34,911 nt of DNA from Welwitschia mirabilis (taxonomy: Eukaryota): NCBI GenBank assembly GCA_051453625.1, contig JBOZIK010000001.1, positions 16,547,157-16,582,067 on the forward strand. Reading direction: 5' to 3'. Shown in pieces: positions 11,190-24,589 of the stretch; position 1 is the stretch's first letter; each line of letters opens with the position of its first letter. Under the pieces are notes generated by a model. That model was given only the letters and a program-made list of their open reading frames with translations, was not told the origin of the DNA and did not search any database. The translations under genes were made by a program, and so were the position numbers.

Positions 11190-12467
11190 AACTCACAACT
11201 ACATCAACAATCATGGATCCCTGTGTGGAAAGGACTAAAAATCAACCTTCATATCAGTGTCTCTGTTGCCATGTATCTTCATAGATGGCTCAATGATAGG
11301 CTCCTCAATATTTAAAAAATAATGAGAGATGTACTTTCATAGGCTGATTTGATCGCATCATGATGGATACTAATCATCTCATGGATGTCCACCAAAGTAT
11401 CCTATTGAATATCTATTATCCTCTCCAAGGTATCTCAGCCCTGCTCCTCTATAGTGTGAACATCTATCTACAACTATTAAAGTCATGTGGTAATGGTACC
11501 ATGAAGATCTTATATTTGTAAAAATAACCTATACACCATTACTCCTAATAATGTTGTAAACTAATTTAGGGAAATACCTCCAACTGCCATAGGCTATCTA
11601 AGGATAGGTGGCTATGTTGTAGGTGTATCACTAGGAGCCATTGGAGTCATATCAGGGATCTCTATCCTTAGTCACCTGACTGAAATAGGTATCATTAGCT
11701 AAGAAGTGGATTGAGTGAAAAGTCCTTATTATAAAGGGGATCTTAAATTATTGAAAGGGAGTACTCAGTAGAAAAGAATAGGTGATGGTAGAAAATTAGC
11801 ATTGGGTGCTCATTCATATCAATCGGTGCCAAATGAAGATGGCTAAGTTCATCCTCTCTCCATGTTGAATAAGGGCTAAAACCTAGAGATAAGCAATCAT
11901 AGCATATAAATCATGACAAATTGGAGCTATGTTATGGATAATGACTCAGTGAAGGATATAGTAATAGGAAGGTAAATATGTCATAGCTACCCCTTGTCAC
12001 TCATCACAAACATGATATAGTAACTCTAGCTAGATAACCTCTCTTACTCATGTACACTAAGATCAATCCTCTCCCCATTTTTAAAGATCCCTATGACTAC
12101 TGCAATGTGTTATGGCTTAATGTATATGCGACATCCTCCTATAGTGACTTTGATCTAGTCATAATGCGAGTCATTCTTCCTGGTGGTTGAGATAATCTCA
12201 AAAGTCTAGTAAAAGTAAATAATCTCCACATCATAGTAAGAGCCATAAACATGCAATAACCAACCTTGAATACCAACCTACTCTACTGCATGATCTTAAT
12301 TAGGCTTAATCCTCTGAATATAGTTGCCAAAGTTCATCTCCCTTTGGTAAATAATAGAAGAAAGGCTATGCCTTTAATCCTAAAGAATGTCCTCTCACTT
12401 CAATTGTTCCACTACCTGAGCAGTGGCAGAGCATGTGTAGGTTCAAGAAGAGGATGCACCTATATCA
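11190..12467 (-). pseudogene. Element A env-like / 'putative plant transposon protein' (Transposase_32 / Athila ORF-like) remnant
   Basis: The minus strand gives GIQGWLLH / GSYYDVEIIYFY*TFE..IKVTIGGCRIYIKP*HIAVVIGIFKNG..LPSYYYILH*VIIHNIAP..LALIQHGERMNLAIFIWHRLI. It is preceded by a pyrimidine-rich acceptor, tttctttatgtAG (AG at 12469-12468). Its position between pol and the 3' LTR is as in Athila elements. Confidence 0.75.
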
Positions 12468-13305
12468 CTACATAAAGAAATCCATAAAATGGATATATAT
12501 CATTTTAAATAAAAAGGAAAAATGTACTAATAACTTCATTTGTAGGGAACCAAATGCTCTCTCATAAGAACTAAATCATAGCTAATGAAACAAGAATTAA
12601 TTTAACATTTGACATGGCAAAAACTATTGCAAATTAAGTTTATAATAAGCAAAAAACTCTAAAAAGTAAAAACAAAAAAAATTTAGGAGAAAATACTCAT
12701 AACTTTAAATTTATTAAATGAAATTTGATTCCATAAATTTCCATGTGTAGATCAGCCAAAAATATAGGTGGGTATGGAGAGGAATCATTAGATGTAGCTA
12801 AAATGAAAGAAATAAGAAAAATTAAGAAATCTGAGCCATGGAAAAGATGACAAATTATCTCATTCTAATCAAATATGGCTGAATTACTTTCAATTAATAG
12901 CTCCAAAGGTCATTGATAAGTGAGGTACTTGAGAGAAGTCAGAGGAAATAAGTGGCATAAGAATTGGTTTAAAAATGAGGGACAAAAAGGGTTATAAAGA
13001 AAAGTTATCACACTGTCATCCCTTATGTTATGTGAATGACAAGAATGATAATACATGTATCATTTTCTAGATCATGCCAATAACAAAGGTCATGACCATA
13101 TAAAACAACTAAGCCAAATTTCACAATCATCATCCCACTAGTTATGGGAATGAAAAATAATATGACAACCTTCCTAAACTCTGATTAAGCCTAGATTTTG
13201 AAGTTAGATCTTACTCATGAAGTGTAAATTAAACATAAACTCAATTTTTATGAAATTAAAAGTTGTATTCAAGAATTATGATAATTCTAATGTGATGAAG
13301 GTAAG

Positions 13306-14607
13306 TGATAATTATGGATCGATCCTAGAGGGGGGTGAATAGGTCTTAGTATTAAAACTTGTCCTTTTTAAAACTTATAAATAAAAACTAAGTGTACAAA
13401 TACAAGAGCAAAATATCTTAATAGTGGATAGATACCACTCTTTAGCCCCTTAGATATACTATCCCTAGCTAGCATATATTAATCTTAAAGATAGGTTTTT
13501 AGGCTTACCATAAACCTATTTCAATAATGGAGGATTTTTTGGCTAATTAACAAACATAATAGAAAGAAAGTAGGCTGAGTGAACAAATGCACAGATATGA
13601 TTCCAAATAGTATAGCAAGCTCTCATAATAGATTATGTGATAACAACCTCAAAAAGAAATCTAAACTCATAATTTATTCAAATACAGAAATTAATTGATG
13701 TAATAGTTTTCTTCTCATTTTTNNNNNNNNNNATTTTTGTGATCAAAAAAGATATCTTCCATTTAAGTGGAAGGAAACTTAAATATAGAAGTTACAAAAG
13801 GTAACCATTGATAAAAGGGAAGTGAACTGTTGTATAGCATTTTGTGCTTTTTGGATGAACCATTAGAAATGTAATGATTATATCTATAATATGTAAGGTT
13901 GATCATAAAATAATCTCAGTCATTCTAGTATCTAGTTGCCCTTCCTTATTTAGTTTGGTCACACTTGTTTATCGCAGATTTCTTAGTATGAAATGGATGA
14001 ACTTTCGGTTGCCCTTATGTAAATGTATAATTGACCTTATTTGACATAGATTTCTCATTTTATACTAGATGAACTTTTAATTGCTCTTATGTTAATATGT
14101 GGTTGATCTTATTTAGATTGCCCTTACTTGATAAACCGGTCAACCTTGTAAAGGTAAATTCTAGATAGTATGTGATCACCCTTAACTAAGTTGTTCGGTC
14201 ACCCTTACTATCAAGAGATTATAATTTCATAGATTGACATTCAATTGCCCTTGACTAACTATTTGATTGTCCTTACTATCATGATACTAAACTTTGTAGA
14301 TTCTAATGTGGTCACCCTTGCCTTTGTAAGCAGTTACCTAAGTTTGTCTTAGTCTGTTACAGAATTGAGACTAGGTCATTTGAGTCATTATGCACAATTA
14401 CCCATGCTGGAACTAGTTTTTTTTTTTGATTTAGTATTTCAGTCATCCTATAGATTAATGTCAGTCACTTGAACCTAAAGAAGTTTACATTTCTTAATAG
14501 TTCAGTCACTCAAATATGTATATTAGTCACCTGGTTCTAGAAAATCTCTATACAATGACTAACTACAAAAATTTGTTAAATTAATTAATGATAATAGATT
14601 CTCAACA
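13306..14607 (-). repeat. Element C 3' LTR
   Basis: tgataattatggatcgatcc ... attctcaaca. 52/60 identical to 21781 onward over the first 60 nt. Contains many decayed (C/T)GGTCGACC/GGTCGCCC-like repeated motifs (~13900-14540). Confidence 0.95.
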
Positions 14608-14875
14608 ACTATCCCTTTGTCACTGATTAAGGAAAAACATTAATTGGACATGTGGATCTCCCCCTTAATCAATTAAGTTCGTAATTAAATTAAATTTATA
14701 TAAGTTTTGTAAGAAAGAAAATTTAGTGAAGATCAAAGAGATTTTTAGAAACACAAAAGACTTTGTATTAAGTAAAAAAGTTGAATTATAAAATAAGAAG
14801 TACATTTTTCCTTAACGCTCAAATAGAACAACATAAGTACAATTTTTTATTCTCCTTTTTGATGAAATCAAGGAT
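14608..14875 (-). promoter_or_regulatory. Element C multiple polypurine tracts
   Basis: The + strand has actatccctttgtc (14608), atctcccccttaatc (~14656) and tctcctttttgatg (~14851). These are decayed copies of the Sirevirus AGGGGGAG multi-PPT signature. Confidence 0.8.
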
Positions 14876-14909
14876 AAGGAGTACAATAAAAACAAGAGAA
14901 GCATAAGAT

Positions 14910-15900
14910 TTAATTAGATTCAGATGCTTCAGAAGACTATGCACTCTCATTTTGAGATGTGTTAGCAACTAGAGTACCACTAGTGATGAGAGTAGCTTTG
15001 ATGTAATGAGTGTGAGAGTCGAGATGGCACAGAAGGTAAATAATTTATGGAGTATAAGAGGCCTTAATCATAGGCCTAGATGGAGCAGTAGGTTCCTAAA
15101 AAATGTACATCATAGAAAGAGTGACACAGTCAGCTAGCTCAATGGGCTTCTAAATCTTCTACTGAGTAAGATGAGGAATGTCAAAGTAATGATAAATCCA
15201 TGTGATAAGAAATGGATACAACAAGGAATGTCTCTTATAAGGCTAAAGCTGGTTGGCAATGTGCTTGAGCATAATACTAGGAACATTAGTATTATGTCTC
15301 CAATCCAACAAGTAAAAAAGAAAGACTCGGTATTTTGAGAGCTTGTCTCTATGTCTAGCAACTAATAGGAAATTATATGACAGAATCAAATGAAAGAGAC
15401 GAAACCTAGAAAGAACTGGGAAGCTTTAAGAGTCTTCTTCTAGGTAATAGTAGTGCCATATACATGTTGAGTAGCAATGTCCTTTTCTTTACAAGACTCA
15501 GTCATGGACTAATATTCTCCTCAGTTTCCTTAAGTTAGCCTAGTAAGGGATTCTATAAGATTAGTAGTGATATGAATCTCATGGCAAAAAATAGAAGTAA
15601 TGAATGTGGAATGTGTAGCATCAAATCTAGCATTGAAATAGAATAACCTAATGACTAGAGGATAGCACATTCCTAATATATGGAGGAAGTAGCTCTAGCT
15701 TACTTCTTTAAGTAGAGTCTAGATCTATCTTAGATTGAGAAACTAAAAAATTTCATNNNNNNNNNNAATGCTTCTCAAAGTGGTTTATTACTTGTGCTCA
15801 TTCTCAAAAAAATGTAATTAGGGGGTTTAACATTAAACTCCTTTCTTCTCTTTTTGAAATCCTCTCCTAACTGCTGAGAAGTTATTTGAAAGCTAACTCT
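14910..15900 (-). pseudogene. Element C env-like ORF remnant
   Basis: The minus strand gives EVS*SYFLHILGMCYPLVIRLFYFNARFDATHSTFITSIFCHEIHITTNLIESLTRL (~15540-15710), with an in-strand ORF fragment at 15134-15361. It lies between RNase H and the multi-PPT region, as for Sirevirus env-like genes. The limits are approximate. Confidence 0.7.
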
Positions 15901-16479
15901 GATAGAAAAACACAAGAAAAGTGAAGATTTTTTTCATAGGAGTTGAGAAAATAATAGAGAAAAGATATTACAATGAGGTTTTTAAAAAAGATTAAGTAGA
16001 TTTTAAAAATCCATGACACACCACCTTAAATGTAGCAGATCGATCATTGAGATCAGTTCACCTATGTAAAGTTTTTAAAACTAGAAATGAAAGATAGTAT
16101 TTAATCTTAAATAAATGAGTGGTCAGCCCTACGAAATTAATATTTTATAGGAAAAAACAAGTCAAAGTCAATTGATCTAAACAAAGATTGTGGTCGACCT
16201 AATATAACTAGAATAGGTTTTAAATGAGATCGACCATAGAAAATGTTTTGGTCAATCCAATTACTAGAAGTTTTGACAGGAAAACTAAAAAGAATCTGAT
16301 CAATCCAACTATAGGGATTAGTCAACCTAGTGAAGAAAACTTCTAATAGTAATAAGCCAAAAGATGAACGGTTGCCCTACTTTAAGAAGAAGACCAACTA
16401 GGTTTCAAACTGATATTACAAGAAAAGGTTCAAACCCATTAACTAAACTCTATTGTTTAGATGAGGCTAGGTTTTTCAA

Positions 16480-19400
16480 GTCTATTTTAGACATGATACC
16501 CAAACACTAATAAAGAGTAGCAAATCAATCAGATGATAAAGGTTTGTAAATGTATCAACCAATTGATATTTATTACAAACATATTCTAATATAATAATTT
16601 TACTTCCTACCAAGTTTTGGATAAAATGATACCTTAGACCAATGTGCTTAGTGTGAGTATGTTGAACTAGATTAAGAAAGATTTGAATGGCACTTGAGTT
16701 TTCACATAAAATAGAAACTTCTATGATGTCTAGGCCATAATCATTTAAGGTCTCTTTCATCCATAACATTTAAGTGTAATAGGCTCCCATAGCTATGTAA
16801 TCAGCTTTAGCTATAGAGAGAGATATGGAGCATTGTTTTTTTTTTATACTAGGTAGTGAGGAAATTTCCAAAAAAGAAACATCCACTGCTTGTTCTCTTT
16901 TGATCACCTTTGCATTCAACCCAATCTACATTACTAAAATTTATTAAGCTTAAGGGAGTATTACTTGTAAGCAATAAAACAAAATGAAAATTACTTTTTA
17001 CATAGCAGAGTATCCTCTTTGCAGTAATAAGATGAGTTTCTTTTAGTTTACTTTAATACCTGGCACACAATCCAATACTAAATGCTATGTCAATACAACT
17101 AGCTATTAGAAACAATAGACTTCCTATAATACTATGATATAACTTTTAATCCACATCCTTGTCATCTTCATCAAGAGAAAGTTTAATGTTTGTGGACATT
17201 AGATAGTTCATGCATTTTACATTCTCAAGTCTAAATTTTTGCTTAAATTTGAGGAGTATTTCTTTTTAATTATGAAGATACCATCTTCATTTTGTTGAAT
17301 TTCTATGTCTAAAAATATGTTAATTGGTTCAACCATACTCATTTCAAACTTAGAACTCATTAGATTTGCAAAATCATTTGACAATTTTTTATTTGTTGAC
17401 CCAAAATAATATCATCCACATAGATTTGAACCTAATTAAATCATTATTTTAAACTTTTATAAACAGATTTCTATCAATGGAGCCTCTAGAAAAATCATGC
17501 TAGAGTAAAAAGAAGGAAAGCTTTTCATACCAAGCTCTAGGAGCTTGTTTTAATCCATACAGATCCTTATTAAGTTTGTACACATAGTCAAGTTTATGAG
17601 GATTAGAAAAGCCTTGAGGTTATTTTACGTTAACTTCTTCTTTAGTGTGTCCATTTAGAAAAGAACTCTTTACATCCATTTGAAAGACTTTCAATTTCTT
17701 GTAGCAGAAAAAGACTAGAAACATCCTTATTAATTCTAGTTTAGTAATAGGGAAAATGTGTCATCATAATCTACTCCTTATATTTGAGAGTATCCTTGAG
17801 CCATAAGTCTAGCTTTGTTTTTAGTGATTTCATTCTTCTTATTTATCTTATTTCTGAAAATCCATTTTGTGCCTATAACATTTTTTCCAGTTGCTTTTGA
17901 AATAAAAGATCACATTTGATTTTGAGAGNNNNNNNNNNNNNNNNNNNNNNNNNNNNNNNNNNNNNNNNNNNNNNNNNNNNNNNNNNNNNNNNNNNNNNNN
18001 NNNNNNNNNNNNNNNNNNNNNNNNNNNNNNNNNNNNNNNNNNNNNNNNNNNNNNNNNNNNNNNNNNNNNNNNNNNNNNNNNNNNNNNNNNNNNNNNNNNN
18101 NNNNNNNNNNNNNNNNNNNNNNNNNNNNNNNNNNNNNNNNNNNNNNNNNNNNNNNNNNNNNNNNNNNNNNNNNNNNNNNNNNNNNNNNNNNNNNNNNNNN
18201 NNNNNNNNNNNNNNNNNNNNNNNNNNNNNNNNNNNNNNNNNNNNNNNNNNNNNNNNNNNNNNNNNNNNNNNNNNNNNNNNNNNNNNNNNNNNNNNNNNNN
18301 NNNNNNNNNNNNNNNNNNNNNNNNNNNNNNNNNNNNNNNNNNNNNNNNNNNNNNNNNNNNNNNNNNNNNNNNNNNNNNNNNNNNNNNNNNNNNNNNNNNN
18401 NNNNNNNNNNNNNNNNNNNNNNNNNNNNNNNNNNNNNNNNNNNNNNNNNNNNNNNNNNNNNNNNNNNNNNNNNNNNNNNNNNNNNNNNNNNNNNNNNNNN
18501 NNNNNNNNNNNNNNNNNNNNNNNNNNNNNNNNNNNNNNNNNNNNNNNNNNNNNNNNNNNNNNNNNNNNNNNNNNNNNNNNNNNNNNNNNNNNNNNNNNNN
18601 NNNNNNNNNNNNNNNNNNNNNNNNNNNNNNNNNNNNNNNTTCAAGTTCTTCTTACATTACATTCATTTAACACGGATTAGATTCAACCTCCTTAAAATTC
18701 TTTGGTTTCACTTGAGATAGTAGAGAAACATGAGTAGTAAAAGTTTTAAGAGAGTTCCTATTAATAATACCTTGCTATACATTTCCAATAACTAAGTCTA
18801 AAGGATGATTCTTAAGTTCTCTTATTTCTAGTATTGGCTTATCTCTTTAGTTATATTCATTTTGATAGAAAAAAGAGGAAGGAACTAGATCTTCATCAAG
18901 TTAAAGGGATTTTAAGGTATTTAAAACATCATGAGTTTCTACAGTTACAGATTCTTCCATATAAAGAGTATGTTTATTAAATATTATATAAGCTCTACTT
19001 GATTAAGATTATCCTAAGAAAATTCTTTTATTTTATTTAGAATCAAATTTCACTAAGTCTTCTCTATCTCTCAGAATGGGGTACTTACTTCCAAAGGTTT
19101 TGAAATAAGATATATTTGGCTTCTTTTCTTTTCAAAGTTCATAAAGAGTTTTAGAAGTTCCAGACCTTAATAAACTTTATTTAAAATATAACAAGCCATG
19201 TTTACTACTTCAGCCTAAAACTATTTTGGAATATCTTTATCATTTAACATATTTCTTATCATATCTAGTAAATTTTAATATTTTTCTTTTAGCTATCCCA
19301 TATTATTGAGGGTTTTTAGGAGCTAAAAACTCATGGTCAATTTTATTAGAGTTGTAATACAATTTAAATCTTTCATTTTCAAACTCTGATCACTTAATAT

Positions 19401-21715
19401 TTTCTTAATTACATACCCCTTTTCAATTCGGATATTCTTACAAATTCTAATAAAATTATCATATGCATTAGATTTTTTATAAAGAAAAACTACCCATAAA
19501 AGTCTAGAAAAATCATCAATCATAACCAAAAAAAAATATCCTTTTTTAGATAAGCTTGTTATTTGAATAGGCCCAACCAAATCCATATGAACTAAATCTA
19601 ATGGCTTGCTAGTAGTAATATCACTAATTTTTTTATGAGATATTTTGATTTGTTTCCCTTTTTGGCATGTGTCACATAATTATTCATCAATAAAAGATAG
19701 TTTTGAAAGACCACTGATAATCTCAGCATGATATATTTTCTTCAAGATATCAAAACTAATGTGACCTAAATATTAATACCAGATGATGTCTTCTTAAATA
19801 TGGAAGGAGAGATAAGTAGAATTATTTGACTGATTTATGCAATAAAAATTTTTGTATCTATTTGCTACAAGTAATAGCTGATTTGTTTCATCGTGTTTTA
19901 TAATACACTTATTTTTATCAAAAGATACTTTATGAACTTTATCACAAATTTGACTAATGATTAATAAATTATGCTTTAATCCATTTACAAATAATACATT
20001 ATGAATATTAAATAAATTACCTCCACTAATTCTTCTAATGCCTTTAATTTAAGCTCTTTCATTATCCCCAAAAGTTACTTCTCCTCCATTATATTCCTTG
20101 AATTTGATGAATTTGTACTTATTACCTATCATATATTTAGAACAATCACTATCAATATACTATCATAAGTAATTATTGCTTTTAAAGCCATTTTGATTAA
20201 TAGGCTTTTATTTGAGGATTTTGAAATCCACTTTATGCTTTTTTTTTTTTAACTTGCATGATGATTTAACTTTCGAGTAAAGATAAACTTAGACCCTAAC
20301 ATGGAGTAATGAAACTAACTTTTGTAAAAAATACAATTAATCTTAGAATGATCCTTTTTATTGCAATAATGATAGGTAATGTTTGCTACATGGTATTTGG
20401 AGTTTATTTTAGATAAAGGTTTGAGATATAAACTATGATAAGAATAAAACATGCTAGGACAAAGTTTGCTAGACAAAGTTCCTTTAAGTAGAGAGGAATT
20501 TGAGTCATAGTTGTCCTTAATTCTCTGATTTTCTTTTCTTTGGCCTCAAGTTTATCTTAAAGGTTTTTATTTTCTTTTCTCAGATTGTTTACTCTATGAG
20601 CCAGATTTTAACATTCCATATAAATTTTCATTTTTATTTCATTTAACAAATCATTATTAATAATAGAATTAATGATGGGTGAGGAGCATACCTTTTCATC
20701 TATAAAAGCCATGAGAGAGATTCCACCCCACTTTGAATCTTAGTTTTGTTCACTCTCACTCTTTTCATCATTCTATGTTGCTGATAAGACTTTATTTCCT
20801 TTTCTTTTATCATCCTTTTTATTGTTTGAAAAGATACTTGATGTGCGACTAAAACCCTTGTAGATATAGCATTGGATCTCTCTTCATCATTTCTCTTTTC
20901 TTCTTGGTGGTCTCTGGATTAACCTCCATTTTTTCTTCACTACATAAAGCATCTAAATCTTCTAGCTAGAAGAGCCACTTAATCTTCTCTTTCTAGTTCG
21001 TGGTTAGATCCATCCTTGATATCTGGAGTCTCATGAACAATTGTTAATGCCACACTTTTCTTCTTTTGCTTTCCAAACTTGAGTTTAAATATGTGAAGGT
21101 TCCCTTGGAGTTCATCCATCTTCACGATATTTAGGTCCTTTCTTTCTTCAATGGCCATTATTTTACACTCAAATATTTTTTACAAAGATCTTAAGGCTTT
21201 GTGGACTACTTTTGATTCCTCAATAATTTTACCTAAGCTATGCATAAAATTAACAATATTTGTTATTTATATAAAAAATCATTTATATCTTCATCATCTT
21301 TCATCTTGAGATATTTAAATTGAGTGATAAGAATCTAAAGCTTAGCCTTCTTTACAAGGCTATTTCCTTTATGTATGGTCTATAAGATGTTCCATGCTTC
21401 TTTTACAGTGGTGCAATTTACTACTCTTTTGAATTCTTTAGGACCTATGGTGTAGAAAATGGCATTTAGTCCTCTAAAATTGCACAATGCTACTAGCTTT
21501 TTGTCAAGCATCCACTTGTCATTACTCTTCAAAATAGTTAACTTCATTATAGGATCCTACACAGTGAGAAGACAATAGCCATTCATAACAAACTACCATA
21601 TTTCAAGGTCTATGGATTGAACAAACACCCTTATTTTTACCTTTCAATAACCATAGTTGATTCCATCAAAGAAAGAAGATCTTATGATAGAATTTTCTTC
21701 CATGTATTAACTCAT
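16480..21715 (-). pseudogene. gag-pol: Element C gag-pol (gag, two zinc knuckles, protease, integrase, RT, RNase H), heavily mutated
   Basis: MEENSIIRSSFFDGINYGY*KVKIRVFVQSIDLEIW (from 21703). Knuckles IQCYIYKGF (~20870) and ITYHYCNKKDHSKINC (~20360). Protease YIDSDCSKYMIG (~20140). Integrase LDLVHMDLVGP..VMIDDFSR (ORF 19323-19586). [36 protein letters not shown]. RNase H LWMKETLNDYG..CENSSAI..HTKHIGLRYHFI (ORF 16482-16769). Confidence 0.95.
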
Positions 21716-21762
21716 TTTCTGGGGTTGGTTGGAGTAGAAATCTATTAGGATCTATTGCTCAA

Positions 21763-21778
21763 CCTTGCTCTGATCCCA
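21763..21778 (-). promoter_or_regulatory. Element C primer-binding site (initiator tRNA-Met)
   Basis: The reverse complement tgggatcagagcaagg matches TGGTATCAGAGC with one mismatch, 2 nt from the LTR. Confidence 0.9.
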
Positions 21779-21780
21779 AT

Positions 21781-23069
21781 TGATAATTATGGATTGATCC
21801 TAGAGGAAAGTGACTAGGTCTTAGTAACAAAACTTATCCTCTTTAAAACCTATAAATAAAAATCAAGTGTACAAATACAAGAGCAAGATATCTTAATGAT
21901 GGATAAACACCACCCTTAAGCCCTTTAGAAATTCTATTTTAGTTGGCATATATTAACCTCAAAGACAGGTTTTCAAGGTCACCATAAACCTATTCCAACA
22001 ATAGAGGAATTTTTGGCTAATCTACAACCACAATAGAAAGAAAATATACTAAGTGCACAAATGCACAGATATGATTCCAAATAGTATAGCAAGCTTTCAT
22101 AATAGATTCTGCGATAAAAACCTCAAATAGAAATCTAGACTCATAATTTATTTAGATAAAAAATTGATTAATGTGATACTTTTCTTCTTATTTTTATTTT
22201 TGTGATAAAAAAAGATGTCTTTCATTTGAATGGAAGAAAAATTAAATATAAAAGTTACATAAGGTAATCATTGAGAGAATGGAAGTGAATAGTTGTATAG
22301 CATTTCACTCTTTTTGAATGAACTATTAGAAATGTAACAGTTATATTTGTAATATGTAAGGTTAACTGTAAAATAGTCTTGGTTGCCTTAGTATCTATTT
22401 ATCCTTTTCTATTTACTTTTGGTGCCCTTGTTTGTCACAGATTTCTTAGTATGGAATAGATGAAATTTTGATCACCCTTATGTAAATGTGTAGTCGATCT
22501 TGTTTGATGCAGATTTCTCATTTTATACTAGATGAACTTTTAGTTGCCCTTATGTTAATATGTGGTTAACCTTGTTTAGGTCACCCTTACTTAATAAACT
22601 AGTTAACCTTATAAAGATAGATTCTGGGTAGTATGTGATTGTCGTTAACTAAGTTGGTTGGTCGTCCTTCCTGTCAAGAGACTAAACTTTCATAAATTAC
22701 CATGTCATCATCCTTGATTAACTATTTAGTCATTGTTATTGTCATGAGACTAAACTCTGGAGATTGTAATGCAGTTTCCTTTACCTTTATGAGCAATCAC
22801 CTGAGCTTTTCTTAGTTTATTATAGAATTAATAATAGTTCGTCCAAGTTATTATGCATGGTTGCCCATGCTAGAACTAGTCTTCTTTCTGATTTAGCATT
22901 CTAATTGCCCTAAAGATTAATGTTGGTTGCCTGAACTTGAAGTAGTTTACATTTCTTAATAGTCCAGCTACCCAAATATGTATATGGATCACATAGTTCC
23001 AAAAAATCTCTACATAATGATTAACTATAAAAACTCATTAAATTGATTAATGACAATAGTTTCTCAATA
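21781..23069 (-). repeat. Element C 5' LTR
   Basis: tgataattatggattgatcc ... tttctcaata. Direct repeat of 13306-14607 and adjacent to the PBS. Confidence 0.95.
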
Positions 23070-24589
23070 GTTAGATTTAAAAATTTTGATTAAACTAGGC
23101 TCAAAGTTGATAAGAACTCATGGATCCAGGATAATTAATCTGTGAAGGATCTAGTGAAAGTAATGAATTTACTCAATTGGTTAAGAAGATCATTTAAATA
23201 GGCCTAATGAAGAAGTCTAAGAAACTTTAATGGTTTAGGTAATTTTTTGATTTCAAACTCATCCAAATTTAAGTTCTTTCAAGTTTTATAACTGAGAGAA
23301 GGGTAAGGATTATGAATCATGTACTAAATTTGTTAGAATGTAAAACTACGTAGCATGTCCTTTGTCATGTGGATGACAATAATATAACTGTATTTTAATA
23401 AGTGTCATGGCATTTGTCATGGAAATGACATATGGCACAACAGGATTTTTAAAGGCAAATGCATAAGATAAACCCAAAATTGGAAGTGGAAAAATCACAT
23501 GGATGTTAGGAAGGCTTTATAAGAATTAGGAATAATAGAAATTTAAGGTATAAATGGCTTGTGAGGTGCTAGAGATTAAAAAAAAAACTAGAAATTGCAA
23601 ATTAAAAATCAAAGATAAAACACAAAAAATTAAGACCTAATATATTTACAATATTTTTCAAGACTAGTAGTTGAATGATAAAATGTATAGAGTTCATGAT
23701 GGATAACTTGACTTAATAAATTAAACTAAATAAAAATGTTAAGAGAATGAAATTTGATTTTGAGAATTTTTTACTTAGCTATTGAAGTATGAAAGAAATG
23801 AATTTAAAAAACATGAGTAAGATTGGCTTCTTTTATTTTAGATGCTAACCCGATAAGACAAACATAGAATAAATGTTAGACTAATTAATGTAAAAGAAAT
23901 ACATGACATAATGCTTTAAAGATAATATATTTAGAAGTAAGTAATTATAAAAATTCATTCATCAAGGTACTCATAGAAATTTTTGAGTTCTTTTTATTTT
24001 ACTTATTCTTTCTTTCTCTTCCTTCTTATCCCATCCTTTTTTTTTTTTTTTGGTGGCTTATTTAGAGAATGATATTAAGTATCAAGAAATACTATTATTT
24101 ATGTTGAAGAAGATGCAACCACNNNNNNNNNNNNAGGGATTCATTGGTAAAAATCCAATCATGATCAACTATCCCCTAGGTGAAGTCTCCATGGCTATCA
24201 TATCATACTGTTAAAAGCGAATGGATCTGAAAGCCAACTATTCCTCTAGTGCACTTGTAGTAGAACACAATGGAAATAAACATAATTTTCTTTTTCTTTT
24301 AAAGGTATTTGCATTTTTCTAATGAGGTAATTGATGAAACTCAAGCATTCATAGGCATTTGAATACCTTGAGCTTGGGTAAAGTCAAACTCATCACTTAT
24401 TGAACATCATGAATTTTAGTGATGAAGCATTAATCATGTCAAAGATGATCAAGTAGTTTGACATATTCTAAATAAGTTAAGTTAATGAGTCATCTAGAAA
24501 ATAATAAGGGGAGGAACTCTTCTTTTTCAAGGAGAGGTCCTCTACCTCAACTACTTCTATCATGTTGATTGAGTAAGAGTAATTGTCAG

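Larger units (their letters stand above)
13306..23069 (-). mobile_element. Element C: full-length SIRE/Sirevirus (Maximus) Ty1/Copia LTR retrotransposon with env-like ORF, degenerate
   Basis: LTR pair of ~1.3 kb. TSD gtaag (13301-13305) / gttag (23070-23074). Met-i PBS, domain order gag-PR-INT-RT-RH, multiple PPT-like tracts, and the Sirevirus-type terminal motif ctagaggggggtgaatag. Confidence 0.95.

Noticed and set aside
12266-12475. + strand 69-aa ORF
   Set aside because: It is antisense to the env-like remnant of A and has no recognisable motif.
13900-14540. Regularly spaced short repeats that could suggest a CRISPR-like array (also 22380-23000 and 28240-28600)
   Set aside because: They are degenerate ~10-bp motifs inside LTRs, matching the known Sirevirus repeated motifs. 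The context is eukaryotic, there are no cas genes, and there is no constant repeat.
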